Positions 18,189-28,893 of a stretch of DNA of 64,000 nucleotides are shown here, piece after piece. Under the pieces are notes generated by a model, which saw only the letters and a list, made by a program, of their open reading frames with translations, was not told the DNA's origin and ran no database searches. Source of the stretch: Myxococcota bacterium (GTDB lineage Bacteria > Myxococcota_A > Polyangia > Nannocystales > Nannocystaceae); the NCBI GenBank assembly GCA_039028615.1, contig JBCCHT010000016.1:167618-231617 (forward strand), read 5' to 3'. The position numbers and the translations under genes are program-made. Each line of letters opens with the position of its first letter. Position 1 is the stretch's first letter.

Positions 18189-21011
18189 ATGTGCTCCTCT
18201 GCACGCGCCGTCGCGGCTGCTTCGATCCTCGCTTCTCTGGGCCTGGGCGTGGGCTGCCGGGCTACACCGACGACCGAGACCCCCGACGGCATTCCTCCGG
18301 CGGCCGCGTCGCAGGGGCAGGGGCAGGGGCAGGGCGCCGAGGCCCGGCGTAGCGCCCCGCCGCGCAGGCTCCACGAGGTCGAGGGCATCACCGAGTACAC
18401 GCTCGACAACGGGCTGCGGGTGCTGCTCTTCCCCGACCCGTCTCGGGCCCGGGTCACGGTGAACGTCACGTATCTCGTGGGATCGCGCCACGAGGGATAC
18501 GGCGAGACGGGCATGGCTCATCTGCTCGAGCACATGCTGTTCAAGGGCAGCGCCGCCTATCCCGAGCCCTGGCGGACGCTGGAAGACCACGGCGCCGACT
18601 ACAACGGCACGACCTGGTACGACCGCACCAACTACTTCGAGACGATGCCCGCGACGCCCGAGAACTTGGACTGGGCGCTGCACTTCGAAGCGGATCGGAT
18701 GACCGAGTGCCACATCGATCCGGCAGAGCTGGCCAAGGAGTTCTCGGTGGTGCGCAACGAGTTCGAGATGGACGAGAACTACGCGCCGGGGGTGCTCGAC
18801 GAGCGCGTCTTGTCGACGGCGTTTTTGTGGCACAACTACGGCAAGTCCACGATCGGAGCGCGGAGCGACATCGAGAACGTGCCGGTGAGCAAGCTGCGGC
18901 GCTTCTACGAGAAGTACTACCAGCCCGACAACGCGGTGTTGGTGATCGCGGGGGCCTTCGAGCCCGAGCAGGCGCTCGAGCGAGTCCACGAGTACTTCGG
19001 CGCCATCCCCCGGCCCGAGCGAGCGCTCGACGCCACGTACACGGTCGAGCCGATCCAAGACGGCGAGCGCACGGTGAGCCTCGAGCGGGTCGGTGACGTG
19101 GGGGTGGTGAACGTGCTCTTCCACGGGGTGGCAGGCGCCGATCCGGACTACGTGGCCGGTGAGGCGCTGGCGCACCTGCTCACCGACGAGCCCTCGGGGC
19201 GGCTGTACCAGGCGCTGGTCGAGACGGGCCTGGCCGCGTCGGTCTACGGGGACTCGCCGTCGCTGCACGATCCGGGGTGGGTGCAGGTCACGGCCGAGGT
19301 GCCGGCCGGGCTCCCGCTCGAGCCGGTCCGCGACCGCATCTTCGAGGTGCTCGACGAGGTACGTGAGGGCGTCGACGAGGTCGAGGTCGCCCGCTTTCGC
19401 AACCGCCGGCTCAAGCAGCTCGGCCTGGCGATGACCGACAGCACCGAGATCGCCATCGAGCTCAGCGAGTGGGCGGCGCTCGGCGACTGGCGCATGTTCT
19501 TCGTGTATCGCGATCGGCTCGAGACGGTGCAGCCCGAGCAGGTTCGGGACTTTGCGCAGCGATTCGTCGTCCCGTCCAACCGCACCGTGGGCCTATTCGT
19601 GCCCGCGAAGGCGCCCGTGCGTGCGCCGCTCGTCGAAGCGCCCGACGTCGACGCCGTCGTTCGTGGGTATCAGGGGCGCGCCGAGGTTCGGGCGGGGGAG
19701 CACTTCGTCGCGACGATCGACAACATCGAAGCGCATACCGAGCGCGCGAAGACCTCGGGCGGCATCTCGCTGGCGATGCTGCCCAAGAAGACCCGCGGCG
19801 GGGCGGTGACCTTGCGGCTGCGCCTGCGCGCGGGGAGCCTCGAGGCGCTGCGCGGCAAGGCCACCGCGGCCGAGATGGTGGGAGACATGGTGCTACGCGG
19901 CACGACCGAGCACTCCCGACAGCAGCTGCGCGACGAGTTCGATCGCCTGCGGGCCGACGTTTGGGTCGGCGGAACAACGGCCGGGGCGTGGGTCGAGGTC
20001 ACCACCGTGCACGACAGCGTCCCCGAGGTGGTGGCGCTGCTGGCCGAGGTGTTGCGCTCGCCGAGCTTCCCCGCGGGGGAACTCGACGTGCTGCGCCGCG
20101 AGTCGCTGGCCGGGCTCCAGGCCTCGCGCAGCGATCCCACGACGCGGGCCTACGAACGCCTGTGGCAGGTCCTGAGCCCCTATGCGCCCGACGATCCCCG
20201 CTACGCCCCGACGGTCGACGAACAGATCGCGCGGCTGAAGAAGGTGCGTCGGCGGGACCTCGTCCGGCTTCATCGCGACACCTGGGGGGCGGGGAACTTC
20301 CAGATCACGGCCGTCGGCGACTTCGATCCCGCGGCGCTGCGCCAGGCCGTCGAGCAGCACCTCGAGGGCTGGGCCGCCGAGCAGCCCTACCAGCGGCTTG
20401 CGTTCCCCCACCACGACGTCCCCGGGCGCGCGCCCATCGTCATCGACACGCCCGACAAGGAGATGGCCGTCGTGGTGATGGGGCAGACCTTCGAGCTGCG
20501 GGACGACGACCCCGACTATCCCGCGTTGCTGCTGGCCAACTTCGTGCTCGGGGGGGCCAGTGACTCGCGGCTGGTGACCCGCCTGCGTGAGCGCGAAGGG
20601 TGGTCGTACAGCGCATACGCCAGCCTCGACGTCGGGGCCATCGATCGCGGGTCGACCTTCACCGCCTCGGCCCAGTGCGCGCCGCAGAACCTCGACAAAG
20701 TGCACGCGGCGATGCTCGAGGAGATCGAGCGCATGCTGACCGAGGGAATCGCGGAGGCGGAGCTCACCGCGGCCAAGGAGAGCTATCGCGCCAGCTTCGA
20801 AACGCAGCTCACCAGCGACGGGGTGGTGGCGGACCGGCACCTCTCCGACCTCTTCCTCGATCGGACCCTCGCGTTCACCCAGGCCGAGAACGAGGCCATC
20901 GAGGCGGTCACGCCCCAGCAGCTCCGCGACGCACTGCAGCGTCACCTGAAGATGGACGGCTTCGTCACCGTGCTCGCGGGTGACATGACCCGCGCGAAGC
21001 AGGCGGGCTGA
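18189..21011 (+). CDS. M16 family zinc peptidase (pitrilysin/PqqL-like), lipoprotein
   Basis: Inverted zinc motif GMAHLLEHMLFKGS, YNGTTWYDRTNYFE, YYQPDNAVL; two-half architecture; lipobox LGVGC. Confidence 0.93.
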   Translation: MCSSARAVAAASILASLGLGVGCRATPTTETPDGIPPAAASQGQGQGQGAEARRSAPPRRLHEVEGITEYTLDNGLRVLLFPDPSRARVTVNVTYLVGSRHEGYGETGMAHLLEHMLFKGSAAYPEPWRTLEDHGADYNGTTWYDRTNYFETMPATPENLDWALHFEADRMTECHIDPAELAKEFSVVRNEFEMDENYAPGVLDERVLSTAFLWHNYGKSTIGARSDIENVPVSKLRRFYEKYYQPDNAVLVIAGAFEPEQALERVHEYFGAIPRPERALDATYTVEPIQDGERTVSLERVGDVGVVNVLFHGVAGADPDYVAGEALAHLLTDEPSGRLYQALVETGLAASVYGDSPSLHDPGWVQVTAEVPAGLPLEPVRDRIFEVLDEVREGVDEVEVARFRNRRLKQLGLAMTDSTEIAIELSEWAALGDWRMFFVYRDRLETVQPEQVRDFAQRFVVPSNRTVGLFVPAKAPVRAPLVEAPDVDAVVRGYQGRAEVRAGEHFVATIDNIEAHTERAKTSGGISLAMLPKKTRGGAVTLRLRLRAGSLEALRGKATAAEMVGDMVLRGTTEHSRQQLRDEFDRLRADVWVGGTTAGAWVEVTTVHDSVPEVVALLAEVLRSPSFPAGELDVLRRESLAGLQASRSDPTTRAYERLWQVLSPYAPDDPRYAPTVDEQIARLKKVRRRDLVRLHRDTWGAGNFQITAVGDFDPAALRQAVEQHLEGWAAEQPYQRLAFPHHDVPGRAPIVIDTPDKEMAVVVMGQTFELRDDDPDYPALLLANFVLGGASDSRLVTRLREREGWSYSAYASLDVGAIDRGSTFTASAQCAPQNLDKVHAAMLEEIERMLTEGIAEAELTAAKESYRASFETQLTSDGVVADRHLSDLFLDRTLAFTQAENEAIEAVTPQQLRDALQRHLKMDGFVTVLAGDMTRAKQAG

Positions 21012-21201
21012 AGCGCACGCGTTGTCCGACGGTCAGTATTTTCGCGGTCCCCGGGCTACGGGCTTGGGGGAGCGACACCACGGCCTGACTCTCGTCGAAG
21101 GGAGGACCCGACGGCTGGGCCGCCTCGACACGCGGATTCGATCGAGCCGCGCACTCGAATTACATGCGGCGCGCGAGGGCTTCTCTTGCGAGGCTTCGTG
21201 C

Positions 21202-22248
21202 ATGCATGGGTGGCAATGGATGGGCGCACTGATTCCCGTGGCCTTGGTGTTGGGCTGCGGCTCGGGCACGGGTGAAGGCGCCGACGACGAGGCGGCCAGC
21301 GGCGACACGACGATGGCGACGGGCAGCGACTCGAGCCCGACCGTCGACGATGACGATGACGATGACGGCGGCTCGGATGCCACCGGGTCCATGGACACGG
21401 GCAACGCCACGTCTTCGGCCGACGAAACCGGAGACACCACGGGCGGAGACGACAGCGGCAGCACAGGCGAAGAACCGCCCGAGTTCTTTCATACCTGCGG
21501 TCGCGGCGGCCCGACCGGCGACTGGTTCACCCGGGAGGTGCCCTATCCCGAAGGCACGAGCCTCTACGACGGCACGCCGGTCACCACCGCTCGCTACGAT
21601 GTCTTCGCACCTCCACCCGGCGACACGCCGCTGCCATTGGTCATCGCGCTGCACGGTGACAACGGCAACCCCGGGGCGACCAAGAGCGACTGGAACTACC
21701 TGCTGGAGCTGGAGGAGTTCATCCTGGTGACCCCGCAAGAGCCTCACCAAGAGGTCGACGGAGGCGAGGCGGACAACGGCTGGGACAACTACCCGGCCCA
21801 GACGCGGGGCTTCCTGTTCGAGATCCTATTCGACGTCGCCGCGGTCTACGACATCGACATCGACCGGCTCTACGCGACCGGAGCTTCGGCGGGGGGATGG
21901 TCGGGAGGGCAGAACTTCTTCGTCATGCAGGACGTGTTCGCGGCGGTGCAGCTGAGCTGCGGCTCGTCCAACAGCCCCGCGTACCAGCTCCCCGAAGACC
22001 CGAGCTGCCTGACGCCCGCGCGCTTCGAGATTGCACCCTCCGATTTCCTCTACTCCGCGTCCGTCAACGCCTCGGAGTTCCTGATGGAGCAGGGCAACGA
22101 GGTCGTGTTCCACGAGACGGAGTGCGAAGGGCACTGCTGCGGCCAGCAGGAAGACTACGGCGGCGCGGCCTGGGACTTCTTCTCGGCGCGGAGCTACTGC
22201 GGCACGGTGTCGCCGCCGGGCTGTGGCCCCATCGCCGTCCTGCCCTGA
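21202..22248 (+). CDS. Alpha/beta-hydrolase lipoprotein (PHB-depolymerase/esterase-like)
   Basis: PLVIALHG, IDIDRLYATGASAGG nucleophile elbow, C-terminal EGHC; lipobox LVLGC plus acidic linker. Confidence 0.8.
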   Translation: MHGWQWMGALIPVALVLGCGSGTGEGADDEAASGDTTMATGSDSSPTVDDDDDDDGGSDATGSMDTGNATSSADETGDTTGGDDSGSTGEEPPEFFHTCGRGGPTGDWFTREVPYPEGTSLYDGTPVTTARYDVFAPPPGDTPLPLVIALHGDNGNPGATKSDWNYLLELEEFILVTPQEPHQEVDGGEADNGWDNYPAQTRGFLFEILFDVAAVYDIDIDRLYATGASAGGWSGGQNFFVMQDVFAAVQLSCGSSNSPAYQLPEDPSCLTPARFEIAPSDFLYSASVNASEFLMEQGNEVVFHETECEGHCCGQQEDYGGAAWDFFSARSYCGTVSPPGCGPIAVLP

Positions 22249-22259
22249 GGGCTCCGTCG

Positions 22260-23477
22260 CTACGGGTTGCTGAGCACCAGCGTCAGCGAGTCGTCTTCGA
22301 AGGTCGCGGTGACCAGGTCGTCGATGCCGTCGTTGTTGAGGTTGGTGGCGTGGATGCGGATGGCGGTGGAGGGCAGGACCACGCGCTCGTAATCGCTGAG
22401 CTCGCCGCTGCCGTCGCCGAAGGTCCACACCAGGAACTCGTGCTGGTCGCTCACCGAGATCACGTCCAGGTGCCCGTCGCCGTTCACGTCGCCCACCGTG
22501 GTGTCGTAGGGCGTGTAGGTGTCGAGCCCGGTGGGGGTGGTGGGTATGAAGCCGCCGGTCCAGTTGGCGCGTAGCACCTGGATCGAGGAATCGTCGTAGC
22601 TCGACACGATGAGATCGGTGAGCCCGTCGTCGTCGAGGTCGCCCGAGCGCACCGACCAGGGGGAGACATCGACCCCTTGCTCGCGCGGGAACGCGAAGTG
22701 GGCGGGGGCGGTGCCCATCATGGTGGTCACGTCGTAGTCGCGATCGACCAGCGCCACGTCGATCAGGCCATCGTGGTCGAAGTGCCCCGTGGTCATTCCG
22801 TTGGGGTTGAAGTTGCTCCAGTCGGGGTTGCCGATCTCGGAGCTCTCGACCGCCCACACCCCGTGCCCGCCGTTGCCGAGGGTGACGTCGATGAAGGCGG
22901 AGTCGGGCACGCGCAAGGAGATGAGGTCGCCGTCGCCGTCGCCCTCGAAATCGACCACCGCGCTGCTGCGGATGGCGGTGGACTCGAAGGTCGGCCAGGC
23001 GCTCCAGGGCTGCAGGGTGCCGTCCGGCTGCGCCTCGAACACGGCCAGGTCGTTGGCGCACCCGCGGGTGATGACGTCGGTACGGCCGTCTCCGGTCAGG
23101 TCGCCGACGACGGGGAAGGCACTGCAGCCGGAAAACCCGGGCGAGAAGCCATCGCCGAAGCCACCCATGCCGTCGCCCAGGAACGCGACCGCGGTCACGC
23201 CGACGCCCGACTCCACGCCGGCCACGAACAGGTCGATGTTGCCGTCGCCGTCGAAGTCTCCGACCTCGAGGGCCATCGGCGTCAGGGCGGCGTCGATGTT
23301 GATGGACGTGACGGTGGGCGCCGAGACGTTGCCGATGGGCGCGACGAAATCGAGATCGTCGTTTCGCTCCAGCCCGGCCGGGTCACCTCCGTCGGTGCAG
23401 CCGGCCACCGTGGCCACGAGCCCCGCACCAATCCACCCCAGCTTCGTCCACCGTGCACGTTTCACGTCCTCAATCAT
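22260..23477 (-). CDS. FG-GAP/VCBS-repeat beta-propeller lipoprotein
   Basis: About 7 repeats of the GDFDGDGNIDL / GDLTGDGRTDV / GDVNGDGHLDV type; lipobox VAGC. Start uncertain. Confidence 0.88.
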   Translation of the reverse strand: MIEDVKRARWTKLGWIGAGLVATVAGCTDGGDPAGLERNDDLDFVAPIGNVSAPTVTSINIDAALTPMALEVGDFDGDGNIDLFVAGVESGVGVTAVAFLGDGMGGFGDGFSPGFSGCSAFPVVGDLTGDGRTDVITRGCANDLAVFEAQPDGTLQPWSAWPTFESTAIRSSAVVDFEGDGDGDLISLRVPDSAFIDVTLGNGGHGVWAVESSEIGNPDWSNFNPNGMTTGHFDHDGLIDVALVDRDYDVTTMMGTAPAHFAFPREQGVDVSPWSVRSGDLDDDGLTDLIVSSYDDSSIQVLRANWTGGFIPTTPTGLDTYTPYDTTVGDVNGDGHLDVISVSDQHEFLVWTFGDGSGELSDYERVVLPSTAIRIHATNLNNDGIDDLVTATFEDDSLTLVLSNP

Positions 23478-23765
23478 GGCCGCTGGGGTCCGTTTCGTCA
23501 TCCCAACCCGCACAATTCGCGTACAGAAACGATTATTGAGGGAAGAAATGTAAGTCTGGGCCACAAACGCCGGACACCATCTCTGCCACCATGTCAGGGA
23601 TTCACTTCTTCGAGAATTGGCAGCCCCATGTCCGATCGTTCCCATCACGTCGGCGCTTCACGCGGCAGCGGCCGCCGAGTTGCCTGCCCCCGGTCTACGG
23701 AAAATGGCGCGAAGGTGAACGGATTTGCCGTCGGTGGGTACTCCCCCAATCGCGAGGCGTAGGCG

Positions 23766-24155
23766 ATGTTCGAGATTCAATCTTCCGAGGTGCAGACCCT
23801 TCGTCCGTATTCGTCGCAGACCGTCGATCGGTTGATGGTCGAGCTGCGGATTCGCTTCCCGCAGTGGTGCGCGGAGCAGACCGACGAGCAGCTCCGGGGC
23901 TTCATCCTCTGCGGCTGTGAAGACGCGGTCATGTACGGCTTCAACCGCGAGGAGGACGTCGTCCGCATGGTGACCATATTCGCGGTGTTCGGCCTCGACT
24001 TCGTCCTCGACCGCCGCATGAAGTGGGCGACGCGCTTCCTCAACCCCAAGTCGCCCATGCCCGCGCCGATGCGCATTCAGCTGCTGCACGAGCGGGTGAT
24101 GCGGATGGTGGGGCTGCCGGTCACGCTGGACTTCGAGCATCGCGCGACGGCCTGA
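23766..24155 (+). CDS. Conserved hypothetical protein
   Basis: 129-aa GC3-rich ORF with a plausible RBS; pattern RFPQWC...LRGFI...YGF..E.DV...FGLDF...WA..FL. Confidence 0.7.
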   Translation: MFEIQSSEVQTLRPYSSQTVDRLMVELRIRFPQWCAEQTDEQLRGFILCGCEDAVMYGFNREEDVVRMVTIFAVFGLDFVLDRRMKWATRFLNPKSPMPAPMRIQLLHERVMRMVGLPVTLDFEHRATA

Positions 24156-24231
24156 GCGGGTCCACGATCCGAGTCGACGCAGCGTGATCCGGGTCCCGCT
24201 TTCGTGACCCCGCCGGCCCAGCCGACGTCGT

Positions 24232-26199
24232 ATGGTCGACGGGCCAATGCGTACGTACTGCCGGATCTGCGAAGCGGCCTGTGGTCTTCGGGTCGAGCGC
24301 GACGGGGGCGGTGCGGTGATCGGGCTCAAGCCGGATCGCGAGCATCCGGTCAGTCGCGGGCATGTCTGCGCCAAGGGCACGCGGTTCCTCGAGGTCGCTC
24401 ATCACCCCGACCGCCTGCTGCACCCGCAGCTCGATGGACGGCGCGTCGACTGGTCGGTGGCCATCGACCAGGTGGCCGAGCGCTTTGCGCGGGTCATCGC
24501 CGAGCACGGGCCCCACGCGGTGGGCATCTACTTCGGCAACCCGATGGCCTTCAACACGCTGGGCAGCGCGGCCATCTTCAGCTTCGCCCACGCCTTGGGC
24601 ACGCGGAACGTCTTTTACGCGGGCAGCCAGGACTGCAACAACAAGTTCGCGGGGGCGGACATCGTGCACCGCACCCCGGTGATCCAGGCCTTCCCCGATT
24701 TTGGTCATACCGACTTCGCGCTGGTGTTCGGTTCCAACCCGTACATCAGCCAGTCGAGCTTCGTGCAGCTCGAGGGAGGTGGTGCGGCGACCTTCGGCGG
24801 CATCGTGCGGCGGGGCGGGGACATCGTGTGGGTCGATCCGCGGCGCAGCGAGAGCGCCAAGCGCTGGGGGGAGCACCTGGCCATCACGCCCGGCACCGAT
24901 GCCTGGCTATTGGCCGGGCTACTCGCGCTGTGTGCCGACGGGGCGCCGTCGACTCGATCGATCGAGGGCTGGCCGCAGCTGCGTCGCGCGGTGGAGGCGG
25001 TGGGCCTCGACGAGGTCGCGCGTCGGACGGGCATCGAGCGTTCGCAGATCGAATCGCTCGCGGCCCGACTGCGGGCGGCTCCCACCGCGGCGCTGCACAT
25101 GTCGGTCGGCGTCAACATGGGCGGCTTCGGGACGCTGGCCTATGTGCTGCTGCAGGCGCTGGCCTGGGCCACGGGCAACTACGATCGACGGGGCGGACTG
25201 CTGTTGAGCCCGATGGCGCGGACCCTCGATCGCGCCTATCGCATGGCCGGCTTCGACGAGCCGCGCCGCAGTCGGGTGGGGGGCTTCGAGTCCCAGCTGG
25301 GCATGTTGCCGGGCGGCATCCTGGCCGATGAAATCCTCGAGCCGGGACCGGAGCGCATCCGGGCGCTGCTCGTGCTCGCGGGTGATCCCCTGCGCTCGAT
25401 ACCGGGGGCGGGGCGGACCGAGCAGGCCCTGAAGTCGCTCGACTTTCTCGCGTGCATCGACATGTTCCGCAGCGCGACGGGGCGGCATGCGCAGGCCTTG
25501 CTGCCCGCCGCCAGCTGGCTCGAGCGCTGGGACGCCGCGCTGACTACGGTGCCGTTCCACCAGACGCGACTCGTGCAGATCGCGGGCCCGGCCATGGCTC
25601 CACGTGGACAGTCGCGGACGGACGCGGCCATCGTGGGGGACTTGGCGGTGGCCATGGGTCTGCCCGGGATCCGCTGGTCGCTGATGCGTCGCGGCTTCGA
25701 TCGCTTCTTCCCGCGCCCGAAGTTCGGCGTGTCCGGCCCCTCGCTGCGCACCGGTCGTTGGCTGGCCCGCAATCGCCTGCGCTTTTGGGACGAGCGGGTC
25801 GCGGCCGAGTTCGATCGCCTCGCCGCCCAGCCTCGACCCGCCGCGGAGGGCTTCACCCTCATCGGACGCCGCCGTCGCCTCGCCCACAACAGCTGGCTGC
25901 ACGGAGGACAACGCACGGGAGAGCCCGAGGCGGTGGCGTGGCTATGCCCCGAAGACCTGGCCGCGCTGGGGCTCGCCGAAGGTCAGCACATCGAGATCGA
26001 CAGCGAGGCGGGGTCGCTGCGCATCCCCGTCAAAGCCTCCGAAGGGCTGGCGCGCGGCACGGTGGTGGTGCCCCACGGGTTGCCACAGATCAACGTCAAC
26101 GCCTTGATCCCCGCGGGGGCCGACAACATCGAGCGGGTGAGCGGGCAGCTGACGATGACCGGGATCCCCGCGCGGGTCGTGGCCGCGGCCCACCCGTGA
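24232..26199 (+). CDS. Molybdopterin-dependent oxidoreductase (DMSO reductase superfamily) catalytic subunit
   Basis: N-terminal 4Fe-4S motif TYCRICEAACG...HVCAKG; LLPAASWLER; C-terminal MPT-binding domain (RRRLAHNSW...VVVPHG). Confidence 0.92.
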   Translation: MVDGPMRTYCRICEAACGLRVERDGGGAVIGLKPDREHPVSRGHVCAKGTRFLEVAHHPDRLLHPQLDGRRVDWSVAIDQVAERFARVIAEHGPHAVGIYFGNPMAFNTLGSAAIFSFAHALGTRNVFYAGSQDCNNKFAGADIVHRTPVIQAFPDFGHTDFALVFGSNPYISQSSFVQLEGGGAATFGGIVRRGGDIVWVDPRRSESAKRWGEHLAITPGTDAWLLAGLLALCADGAPSTRSIEGWPQLRRAVEAVGLDEVARRTGIERSQIESLAARLRAAPTAALHMSVGVNMGGFGTLAYVLLQALAWATGNYDRRGGLLLSPMARTLDRAYRMAGFDEPRRSRVGGFESQLGMLPGGILADEILEPGPERIRALLVLAGDPLRSIPGAGRTEQALKSLDFLACIDMFRSATGRHAQALLPAASWLERWDAALTTVPFHQTRLVQIAGPAMAPRGQSRTDAAIVGDLAVAMGLPGIRWSLMRRGFDRFFPRPKFGVSGPSLRTGRWLARNRLRFWDERVAAEFDRLAAQPRPAAEGFTLIGRRRRLAHNSWLHGGQRTGEPEAVAWLCPEDLAALGLAEGQHIEIDSEAGSLRIPVKASEGLARGTVVVPHGLPQINVNALIPAGADNIERVSGQLTMTGIPARVVAAAHP

Positions 26200-26394
26200 T
26201 GCGCACGCGCGGAATACTCATCGCGTTTGCATGACGCTCGCTCCCCGCGTTCGTCGTTCGATTTGTGATGGAGGATTCGGCTCATTTTGTTTGCGGATTG
26301 TTTCGAGCACACGTGACCCGACCCGGATTACGCGGGCTGGAGCACGCTCCATGAACGCTGGTCAACACGCGGTCGCACCCAATAAGATGAACCC

Positions 26395-27792
26395 ATGGGG
26401 ACGGTAGGAATGCGGATACTGCTCGTCGTCGTCGTCGTCGGCTGGCTATGGCTCGGCGGATGCGGAGGCGAACCTGCGGACAGCGGCGGTGCGGATGGCC
26501 TGACGGGCATCGGGAGCCTGAGTGCGACCGAAGGCACGGGGACCCCGGGCGGACCGAGCCAGGAAATCTTCGACGTCGCCAACGACACCGCGTCCACGGC
26601 GGGCGACCCCGCCGACTGTGATGCCGAAGACTTGATCCCGACCAATGCCGTGCTCACCGGGCGGGTGTTCGCCCCGAACATGGAGATCCCCATCTCGGGC
26701 GCGCTCGTCTACATCGGCAACGCTCCGCCCGATCCCGTGCCCGACGGCGTCTACTGTGCCGAGTGCGTCGAGCTGACGTGCAACGACCAGTTCGTGCTCA
26801 CCGAGGCCGACGGCACCTTCCAGCTGCCGGCCATCGCGGGCCCGGGCCAGACGCTGGTCGTGCAGAAGGGTCAGTTCCTGCGCTCGGTGCAGATCGACGT
26901 CGCCGAGGGCGACAACGTCGTGCCGCCCGATCAGAGCAACCTACCCGGCGAGTGGAACCCCGACGCAGGCATGTGGATCCCCCGCATCGCCGTCTACCAG
27001 ACCGACCCCGACAAGGTCTTCAACGTGCTCGCCAAGTTCGGCCTGGGCGAGGTGTCGGCGGGCGGCGACCTCATCCCCGGCACCGAGCAGTTCACCCTCA
27101 TCCCCGACTCCGACCAGGGCGCGTTCATGGACGACCTGGAGGGGATGAACCAGTATCACATCATCTTCGTGCCCTGCGCGGCGACGAAGTTCTGGATCGG
27201 AGCCCCGGGCGTCCCCGCGGCGCGGGCCGAGAACATTCGGGCCTACGTGGCGGCCGGCGGCAAGTGGTACGCCACCGATCACTCCAACGAGTACATCAAG
27301 GAGCCCTTCGCTCCCTACATGGACTTTCACAACGCCGCGATGCCGGACCTGCAGCCCGCCTACGACGTGACGGGCACGGTGCAGGACCCGGAGATGTTGG
27401 CGTGGCTCGAAGCGCTGCCGCCCGAGCTCAAGGACATCGGCGGAGGCAACCCCACCCTCAACCAGCTGCCCTCGGTCGAGCTGCGGCTCAACTACTCCGG
27501 CATCGATGCCACGCACGACATCATCGTGCAGGACGACGAAGGCAACGACGTCAACGTCGGGCCCTACACCTGGGTGGCCGGCCCCTGCTCGAGCTGCGCC
27601 GACCCGGCCACCTTCCGCCCCATGGCGGTCACGGGCCAGTTCGGCTGCGGGCGCATCATGTACAGCACCTTCGAGAACTCGAGCGTCGCCCACAACGGCC
27701 TCAACCCGCAGGAGCTGATGCTGCTGTACATGATCCTCGAGATCGGCGTCTGCCACGACACGCCGCCGCCCGCTCCTCCCCCCGTGGGCTGA
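26395..27792 (+). CDS. Secreted lipoprotein with carboxypeptidase-regulatory-like domain
   Basis: Lipobox LGGC; LTGRVFAPNMEIPISGALVY; YCAEC; LVVQKGQF; YVAAGGKWYATD. Confidence 0.8.
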   Translation: MGTVGMRILLVVVVVGWLWLGGCGGEPADSGGADGLTGIGSLSATEGTGTPGGPSQEIFDVANDTASTAGDPADCDAEDLIPTNAVLTGRVFAPNMEIPISGALVYIGNAPPDPVPDGVYCAECVELTCNDQFVLTEADGTFQLPAIAGPGQTLVVQKGQFLRSVQIDVAEGDNVVPPDQSNLPGEWNPDAGMWIPRIAVYQTDPDKVFNVLAKFGLGEVSAGGDLIPGTEQFTLIPDSDQGAFMDDLEGMNQYHIIFVPCAATKFWIGAPGVPAARAENIRAYVAAGGKWYATDHSNEYIKEPFAPYMDFHNAAMPDLQPAYDVTGTVQDPEMLAWLEALPPELKDIGGGNPTLNQLPSVELRLNYSGIDATHDIIVQDDEGNDVNVGPYTWVAGPCSSCADPATFRPMAVTGQFGCGRIMYSTFENSSVAHNGLNPQELMLLYMILEIGVCHDTPPPAPPPVG

Positions 27793-27801
27793 GCCCGGCC
27801 T

Positions 27802-28707
27802 TCACCCGGCGGCCGTGGCCGAGTCGCCTGGCTCCGCGTTGAGCTCGAGCAGCCCCTGGTTGCCGAACGCCGAGTAGATGGCGTGCGTCACCTGGTGGAG
27901 CTGGGCGTTGTAGGGCGCGATCTGATCGCCCAAGCCCATGTGGTCGACGGTGGTGCGGAACGGCTTGCGACCGAAGGGCATCTCCAGCAGCTCGGCCACC
28001 GCCTCCGCGACCATCCGCGGGCGCTGGCGGGGGTTGCTCTCCATCGCCGCCTCGAGCCCCGCCAGCGAGGGCTCCAGCGCCTCGGCGAGCGGGCCGTAGG
28101 CTCGGCCGGCCTCGACGTCGGTCGGGCGCAGCATGTTGCCGCCGATGAAGGCGGTCGGCATGGGCCCCGGCTCCACGATGCAGGACTCGATGCCGAACCC
28201 GGACAGCTCCGCTCGATACGCATCGGCGAGGGCCTCCAGCGCCCACTTCGACGCGCAGTAGGTCGCATAGAAGTTGATGGCGACCCGGCCGATGAGGCTC
28301 GACGTGTACAGCACCAGCCCGGAGCGCTGGGCCCGGAAGTGCGGGAGCACGGCTCGCATGACCCGCTGTACGCCAAAGACGTTGACGTCGAACACCTGGT
28401 GCATCTCCTCGGCGCGCAGCGTCTCTTGCAGCCCGAAGGTCAGAACTCCGGCATTGTTGAACACGACATCCAGCCCGCCGAGCGCCTCGATCGCTTGCTC
28501 GATGCCCGTGTCGACGCTTCCTTGATCGGTGACGTCGAGCTCGATGAGCTCCACGCCGATTCCCCGCAGCGTCTCGGCCACGGCTTCGTTCTTGCCGCCT
28601 GTCGAGCGCATGGCCCCGGCCACCCGGTGACCCTTTTCGACGAGGAGTTGGCAGGTAGAGAGGCCGACGCCGCCGCTGGCGCCCGTGACGATGATTCGTT
28701 TGCTCAT
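27802..28707 (-). CDS. Short-chain dehydrogenase/reductase
   Basis: IVTGASGGVG, NNAG, YCASKWALE (YxxxK). Confidence 0.93.
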   Translation of the reverse strand: MSKRIIVTGASGGVGLSTCQLLVEKGHRVAGAMRSTGGKNEAVAETLRGIGVELIELDVTDQGSVDTGIEQAIEALGGLDVVFNNAGVLTFGLQETLRAEEMHQVFDVNVFGVQRVMRAVLPHFRAQRSGLVLYTSSLIGRVAINFYATYCASKWALEALADAYRAELSGFGIESCIVEPGPMPTAFIGGNMLRPTDVEAGRAYGPLAEALEPSLAGLEAAMESNPRQRPRMVAEAVAELLEMPFGRKPFRTTVDHMGLGDQIAPYNAQLHQVTHAIYSAFGNQGLLELNAEPGDSATAAG

Positions 28708-28893
28708 GATGGTCTCCTGATGGCTCGCGGGCGCCTCGAATACGAAAACGAATAGATCTTGATGCTCCGTTCGATTTTCGATTCGAGCGCTCTTGGCCAT
28801 TCAGTAGTAGGATTCAGCTGCCGAAGGAGGAAGGGCGGCGGTTGCATAGGGGTTATACGTATTCGTATTGCTTGCCCTCGCCGTGACGATGCC

